A DNA stretch of 55,328 nt from a virus (lineage: Duplodnaviria > Caudoviricetes): IMG/VR virus record IMGVR_UViG_3300045303_000219, positions 1 through 55,328 of that record, one strand, 5' to 3'. The position numbers and the translations under genes were made by a program. Shown one piece after another: positions 50,696-55,328 of the stretch (position 1 is its first letter; each line of letters starts with the position of its first letter). Under the pieces are notes generated by a model, which saw nothing but the letters and a program-made list of their open reading frames with translations, was not told the DNA's origin and did no database searches.

Positions 50696-51109
50696 TTAGG
50701 GTGAGAAAGCGCCGGTGGGCACGGATGGGTCGAGGTAGATTTCAAGATCGCGCAGGCGCGTGATAGCGGCGGGGCTCAGCGGTGTAGGCGAGCTGCCTTG
50801 CGACCATGCGTTCGCGTAGTGAATTTGGCGCTGGTTGAAACTCCCGCGTAGTGCCACGCCGACCGTTAGATCGCCGGGGTTAACTGCCGTGTCCGGCAGA
50901 TCAACAATGATCCCGCCGAGCGCCGCATCATCGGCGGCGAGGGCGGGTAGCACCGCAGTCAGCCCGGCGTTAAATTTCACCAGATAGCCGGGCATCATCT
51001 TGGCGATTACCTCCGGGGCCGCATCCGTGAACGGATAGCGAACGACCTTCCAGTTCGGCGTGTCGTCGTGGCTTTGAAGGTTTATGGGGAAGAGTTGGCT
51101 TTTGATCAT
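50696..51109 (-). CDS. Head decoration protein (gpD-like)
   Basis: Between protease and capsid genes; G.FN...LRDLEIYL motif. Confidence 0.75.
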   Translation of the reverse strand: MIKSQLFPINLQSHDDTPNWKVVRYPFTDAAPEVIAKMMPGYLVKFNAGLTAVLPALAADDAALGGIIVDLPDTAVNPGDLTVGVALRGSFNQRQIHYANAWSQGSSPTPLSPAAITRLRDLEIYLDPSVPTGAFSP

Positions 51110-51149
51110 GACGTTTTTGTCTTTCTTTTGGGTTTTGGGTTTTGGGTTT

Positions 51150-51659
51150 TCAGTTGCGGCTATTGCTAAGGCGCGGGTGCCCGCTCGTCTTCCGGCGAGC
51201 GTCCACCGCGGCTTTGATTCTGCCGCCGAAAGATGCCGTTTCGTGTTCGCTGCCCGCCTCGCTTCCGGGGATGCCGTTGAGTGAGGAGGCGTCGGTGCGC
51301 CGGGCGGTTTGCGTGCCCGCCTTATCCATTGCGGTCATGCAATCGGCGACAATGTCGGCGGGTTGCTTCCCGTCTTTGATGGCGGCGGTAATGATGTCGT
51401 GCGTGGCCGGGCGGTCCATCGCCTGTAGGGCCGTCACACGCTCACGTTCGGCCTGCATGCCCCGATCGTAATCGGTAGCGGCGGCTGCCGCCGGGGCGGG
51501 CGGCTTCGGCGGGTTTGAAGGCGCCGGGGGCGGCACTGGTGTGGCGGTTTCCGTCGCCGGGGGCGTCGGTGTTTCGGTTGCGGGCGGCGTTGGCGTCTCT
51601 TCCTCTTCGGCGGGCGCCGGTGCCGTTCCTGCTGCAGTTGGTTTTGTAGGTTTGGGCAT
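51150..51659 (-). CDS. Probable nested scaffolding protein (in-frame internal start)
   Basis: Internal ATG (MPKPTKP...) preceded by an A/C-rich leader ACAACCCAACCCAACACT, like those of other structural genes. Confidence 0.55.
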   Translation of the reverse strand: MPKPTKPTAAGTAPAPAEEEETPTPPATETPTPPATETATPVPPPAPSNPPKPPAPAAAAATDYDRGMQAERERVTALQAMDRPATHDIITAAIKDGKQPADIVADCMTAMDKAGTQTARRTDASSLNGIPGSEAGSEHETASFGGRIKAAVDARRKTSGHPRLSNSRN

Positions 51660-52334
51660 AGTGTTGGGTTGGGTTGTGGCGCTGAACGCCGGGACGTTGT
51701 GAAATCTGGACAGGTCGTGCTCGATGCCGTTTATGATGACCCGCTTTTCGGCGACCGGCACGATAGCAGCGGCCTTTACTACACCGCGCATCTCATCGGC
51801 AAATCCTTTCTCGACCGCCTGCTGCGGTGAAAACCACGTTTCGGCGGCCATGAGTGCACGCACCTCCTCGCGCTCCATGCCGGTGCGCTTTGAGTAAACA
51901 TTCAGCATCGACTCGGTCACCGAATCGAGCGCGGCGGCAACCGTGCGCATATCGTCGGCGTTGCCCATCGCAAAACCGCTGGGCAGGTGAATCATCATGT
52001 TGGCGTTCGCCCGGATGTAGATTTTATGGCCGACCATCGCCACGATGCTGGCCGCGCTGGCGGCAAGGCCGTCAACGTAGACCACCTTTTTGCTACGGTG
52101 ATCGGCGAGCCGGGAATAAATGGCCTGCGCCTCAAATACGCTGCCGCCCGGCGAATTAATGTGGATGTCGAGCTGCTTCACCGAGGAAGGCAGCTTCGCC
52201 AGATCTTTTGCAAACGCCTTCGCGCTCACTTCACCCAGCTCCTCCCAATCGCCGATCGCGGCGAAAATAAGCAGCTCGGCGCTTGCCGGTTCATCACCGG
52301 CCTCGGCCCGGAATCGGTAAAAGGGATCGTTCAT
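51150..52334 (-). CDS. ClpP-like head maturation protease with scaffold C-terminus
   Basis: INSPGGSVFEA, GLAASAAS, MMIHLP, ETWF and AVEKGFAD; ERERV..L scaffold motif. Confidence 0.93.
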   Translation of the reverse strand: MNDPFYRFRAEAGDEPASAELLIFAAIGDWEELGEVSAKAFAKDLAKLPSSVKQLDIHINSPGGSVFEAQAIYSRLADHRSKKVVYVDGLAASAASIVAMVGHKIYIRANANMMIHLPSGFAMGNADDMRTVAAALDSVTESMLNVYSKRTGMEREEVRALMAAETWFSPQQAVEKGFADEMRGVVKAAAIVPVAEKRVIINGIEHDLSRFHNVPAFSATTQPNTMPKPTKPTAAGTAPAPAEEEETPTPPATETPTPPATETATPVPPPAPSNPPKPPAPAAAAATDYDRGMQAERERVTALQAMDRPATHDIITAAIKDGKQPADIVADCMTAMDKAGTQTARRTDASSLNGIPGSEAGSEHETASFGGRIKAAVDARRKTSGHPRLSNSRN

Positions 52335-54106
52335 CGCGTGAAAACTCCGCTTGTGCCGCTTGCCAGCTCGACCGGGCGTAGGTTTCGCCTGCGTGCCCGG
52401 GCCTTCGGCGGCGTTTGTTTCGGTGCACCCGGCGGCTGGACAGGCGGGACCGGCGCGCCGGGTGCTTTCCCGGTGGGCGCCACGGTGATTTGAGTGGGCC
52501 GTAGCGGCGGGAAAATCAGATCGGCGTCTTCAAATTCGCTTTGTTCGCTCGACTGCTGGCGGATGTTGTCGCGGTAGTTTGAGCCGTTCAGCTCCATGCT
52601 TTCGCGCTCGATCGTGCTGAAGCCGCACTTCACCTTTAAATCCGCCGCGGAAACCTCCTTTTGCGGGTCCAGCGACCCGGCGCTCGCGCCCGTCCAGATG
52701 CACCGTAGCATTGCCCGGCGCACGTAGGGGTCGTCAAAGCCGCCTTTGAAATTCTCGATCCGGCCCAGCGCAATCGCGTCGGCGAGCCACTCCTCGTAAA
52801 CCGGTTGGCACAGCTGGTCGATCATGAGCGCCCGGTATTTGCGCACCCGGCGCCAGAAATCCAGAAGCGCGGCCCGGCTCGCCGAGTAACTCGCGTTAAA
52901 TTGTTTCAGCAGCACCTCGTAGGGGATGCCCAGCGCGGCGCCGATAAACTTGCAAACCGAAATCGTGAACTCGCCGAAGGTCGCCTGCGGCATGGTCGGG
53001 TTTGCGAAATTCACCGAGTGCCCGGGGCGCATGAAGTTAACGATCCCCGGCCCGAGCTGCACGTTGTAGGAATTGAGGTTTGTGATCTCGGCCTTCTGCT
53101 CCTCGGTCAAAAGCGAATCAAAAATCGTCGGGTCGGGAAACTCGCTCGTGACGAAGGCGGTAAAGTAACTTTGAATCACGGCGCCGACCACGGTGCTGTC
53201 GATGTAGCGCCCCATCTGCTTCAGAATCTCCAGACAAACGGAAAGGATCGGCACGCCCCGGCGTTGCTCGGGCCGCTCCGGGCGCATGATCAGGATCATG
53301 TTCCGGCGCCCGGTGAGCGCACCGAAAGGTTCCACGCGGAACGTTTTGTCGTTCACGAGAAACTGGAACTGCTGGCGTATGGCCAGCGGGTGCGTTTCGG
53401 CGATGTGATAGGCGGCCAGCTCGCCCTCCGCTGTCAGCTCGACGCCATTAAAAATATTGATGCCTTGCATGAATGCCGAACCGAGGGGCGGGTTGCGCAC
53501 CCGATCGGCCTCAAGGATTCGGAGGCGCAATTCAAACAAGGTCCCGGGCCGCGGTGTGAGCGGGAACAGGACCGGGCAGTCGCCCGAAAGCAGCATCGAC
53601 TGGAACGCGACGTGTTGGAGCGTCGGGAACGAATGCTTCGATTCATAATCGCACTCGCGCGGATCGCAGGCCCACCAGTCGAACTTCACCGCCAGCTCCT
53701 TGTTTAGATCGGCGGTTTGTTTTTCATCCATGCCCAGCGCTTCGCCGTCGACGTTCGGTGCCGGGTAAAGGCCCTCGCCAATAACGTTCGTGTCGAGCGT
53801 TTCGATCGCGGCGCTCGCCAGCGGGATGCCCATGAAGGCGTCCCGGCTACGTTCGCGCAGCACCTGCACGTTGAGCCCGATGTCCCGGTCGGCGTCACCG
53901 CCGCGCCATAGCCAACCGGCCAGCGAGTTTTTCGTCAGGTTCGCGCCATAATTCCCGTAACCAGTCCCGCCGCCGAATGGGCCGCCGGTGAACACCGGCC
54001 CGCCCGCCATCGATGCCTTGATGTCGGGGCGCAACAACCTGCCGTTCGCGTCCAGCAGCGTGCCCCGGGGGAGGCGTGTGCCGTTGCCGTTGAGGGTCCC
54101 GATCAT
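52331..54106 (-). CDS. Portal protein, lambda family
   Basis: LRERSRD, GVE..G..AYH, RPEQRRGVP, ALGIPYE.L, SYSASRAALL and DPQKEV. Confidence 0.95.
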   Translation of the reverse strand: MIGTLNGNGTRLPRGTLLDANGRLLRPDIKASMAGGPVFTGGPFGGGTGYGNYGANLTKNSLAGWLWRGGDADRDIGLNVQVLRERSRDAFMGIPLASAAIETLDTNVIGEGLYPAPNVDGEALGMDEKQTADLNKELAVKFDWWACDPRECDYESKHSFPTLQHVAFQSMLLSGDCPVLFPLTPRPGTLFELRLRILEADRVRNPPLGSAFMQGINIFNGVELTAEGELAAYHIAETHPLAIRQQFQFLVNDKTFRVEPFGALTGRRNMILIMRPERPEQRRGVPILSVCLEILKQMGRYIDSTVVGAVIQSYFTAFVTSEFPDPTIFDSLLTEEQKAEITNLNSYNVQLGPGIVNFMRPGHSVNFANPTMPQATFGEFTISVCKFIGAALGIPYEVLLKQFNASYSASRAALLDFWRRVRKYRALMIDQLCQPVYEEWLADAIALGRIENFKGGFDDPYVRRAMLRCIWTGASAGSLDPQKEVSAADLKVKCGFSTIERESMELNGSNYRDNIRQQSSEQSEFEDADLIFPPLRPTQITVAPTGKAPGAPVPPVQPPGAPKQTPPKARARRRNLRPVELASGTSGVFTR

Positions 54107-54408
54107 ACGTCGCGCGGAATTACTCTGAACGCGGTGTCGCGCCCGCTGAGTGCTGGCGGTAGGATTTCGACGCCGCAAAATTGCCGGACCATTTCGTTCC
54201 ACCAACCGACTGAGCCGATTTGCTTCGCCGGGTCGGCATACTTCAGGCCCCGGGTGCCGATGTGATATTCGCTCACGCCCGCGGTTGCGTGCCCCATGCC
54301 CTCCAGTGCACGTAACAAACCGTCCTTTGCCCACGGACAGGTGAAAGGTTCCAGAACTATAGGGGGCGGTTCAGCGACTTCTTGTGCCGGTGCGGCGGGT
54401 GCTGGCAT
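54103..54408 (-). CDS. Head completion protein (gpW-like)
   Basis: SEYHIGTRGLKYAD...RVIPRD immediately upstream of the portal gene. Confidence 0.75.
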   Translation of the reverse strand: MPAPAAPAQEVAEPPPIVLEPFTCPWAKDGLLRALEGMGHATAGVSEYHIGTRGLKYADPAKQIGSVGWWNEMVRQFCGVEILPPALSGRDTAFRVIPRDV

Positions 54409-54521
54409 TCCGGGCGAGGCTGCGGGCCAACGGTTTTCTAGTCAATAGTGGTTGGAAAGATGAGCATTTCTTACGCAGAAAAGGTTTGCACCGGGCGCGG
54501 CGCCAAGTTATTGATCCGAGC
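54409..54521. promoter_or_regulatory. Divergent promoter region (head operon vs RHH-methyltransferase)
   Basis: Minus strand: TTGACT-N17-CAGCCT-8nt-ATG(54408). Plus strand: TTGCAC-N17-TATTGA-7nt-ATG(54522). Confidence 0.5.
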
Positions 54522-54728
54522 ATGCCCAAACCGACGCCGCAACCGGCTCACAAATGCGGGCGCCCGCGCCTCGGCACGTTTCGTCTTGAGTGCATGCTGC
54601 CCGCCGCGGTGCATGAGGCACTCGTGCAACAAGAACTTGAGAGCGGAATCTACCGGACCCGGGTAGCCGCGCAGGTCCTTTGTGAATGGGCGAAGAGCGC
54701 CCGGCACCCACGGCCCCCGGCATCGTGA
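54522..54728 (+). CDS. Small RHH-like DNA-binding protein
   Basis: GRPRLGTFRLECMLPAAVHEAL...RTRVAAQVLCEWA. Confidence 0.6.
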   Translation: MPKPTPQPAHKCGRPRLGTFRLECMLPAAVHEALVQQELESGIYRTRVAAQVLCEWAKSARHPRPPAS

Positions 54729-55328
54729 CGACGGACGCCTTGCCCGGTTCATGGCCGCCCGCAGGAATTAAGCCGTATTATTGCGACGGATCGGTTTGCA
54801 TCGTGCATGGCGACTGCCGTGAGATTTTGCCCTCCCTTTCGCCGGTCGATCTCGTGCTCACGGACCCGCCTTACGGCGTGAACAAGGCCGAGTGGGATCA
54901 TTCGTTCCCGACCGAGTGGATGCACGCCGCCGCCCGGCTTGCACCGGCGATGGGCCTCATGCCCGGAATCTGGAACATCACCCGCTGCCCACACCGCATC
55001 GGGGACCTGACCTACGTCTGGACGCTCGCCGCTCACCTCGTGAACGGCATGGCCCGCGGCGCCATCGGTTTTGGCAATTGGATTCCATGCCTCGTTTACA
55101 CCCGGGAAGGGCACTCGATGTTTGTAAAAGACGGCGACTGCCGCTCGATCGTGATCGGTGATAGCGTGAAACCGGATCACCCCTCGCCGAAACCTTATCG
55201 CGTAATGCTCTGGTTTGTGCGCCGCCTTCCGGGCACGCTCATCCTCGACCCCTTCATGGGTAGCGGCACCACGCTCCGGGCCGCGAAAGATCACGGCAAA
55301 AAAGCGATCGGCATCGAGATCGAGGAAT
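54725..55328 (+). CDS. DNA methyltransferase N6_N4_Mtase (beta class), 3' truncated
   Basis: Manual translation: WPPAGIKPYY...HGDCREILP...TDPPYG...HPSPKP...ILDPFMGSGTTLRAAK...GIEIEE. Confidence 0.92.
   Translation, partial: MTTDALPGSWPPAGIKPYYCDGSVCIVHGDCREILPSLSPVDLVLTDPPYGVNKAEWDHSFPTEWMHAAARLAPAMGLMPGIWNITRCPHRIGDLTYVWTLAAHLVNGMARGAIGFGNWIPCLVYTREGHSMFVKDGDCRSIVIGDSVKPDHPSPKPYRVMLWFVRRLPGTLILDPFMGSGTTLRAAKDHGKKAIGIEIEE

Noticed and set aside
30467-54344. Long plus-strand ORFs antisense to structural genes (e.g. 41202-42575, 45129-46232, 52805-53707)
   Set aside because: Shadow ORFs expected in high-GC coding DNA; the minus-strand frames carry the recognisable motifs.
1-55328. Stop-codon reassignment or tRNA genes
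   Set aside because: Conserved genes are full length under the standard code, using TAA, TAG and TGA as stops. No cloverleaf was recognised by eye; tRNAscan would confirm.

Overview
This window is an almost complete, circularly permuted genome (about 55-56 kb, GC-rich) of a tailed dsDNA phage. It has a lambda-like head module (Nu1/GpA-type terminase, lambda-family portal, ClpP-type protease/scaffold, gpD/gpE-type capsid) and a P2-like contractile tail (sheath, tube, chaperone with probable -1 frameshift, tape measure, X, D, V, U, W/gp25, J, I, fibre). TerL runs off the left edge and a DNA methyltransferase runs off the right edge, so the two ends probably join across a short gap. No integrase, CI-like repressor, DNA polymerase, primase, tRNA or CRISPR array was recognised. 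Replication and recombination functions are a DnaB-N/RepA(AAA_25)/wHTH helicase, a Bet recombinase and two PD-(D/E)XK nucleases. The most striking feature is a ~15 kb accessory region (about 5.5-21.8 kb) cut into cassettes by nine full copies and one degenerate copy of a fixed-length (~73 bp) element. This element often supplies the stop codon of the upstream cassette, then an A-tract/-35/extended -10 promoter, then a leaderless ATG-ACN start for the next cassette. Cargo includes a GHKL ATPase-HEXXH fusion, a stand-alone ADP-ribosyltransferase-like domain, a DarA-C-like domain, DUF932, DUF6011, DUF6900, ASCH/DUF3850 and a His-rich peptide. Other oddities are a GH75 chitosanase-like protein in the endolysin position, a capsid protein fused to a HeH/Rho-N-like domain, two paralogous orphan methyltransferases, symmetric bidirectional promoters and motif arrays upstream of terS. 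All family assignments are from motif recognition by eye, not database searches.
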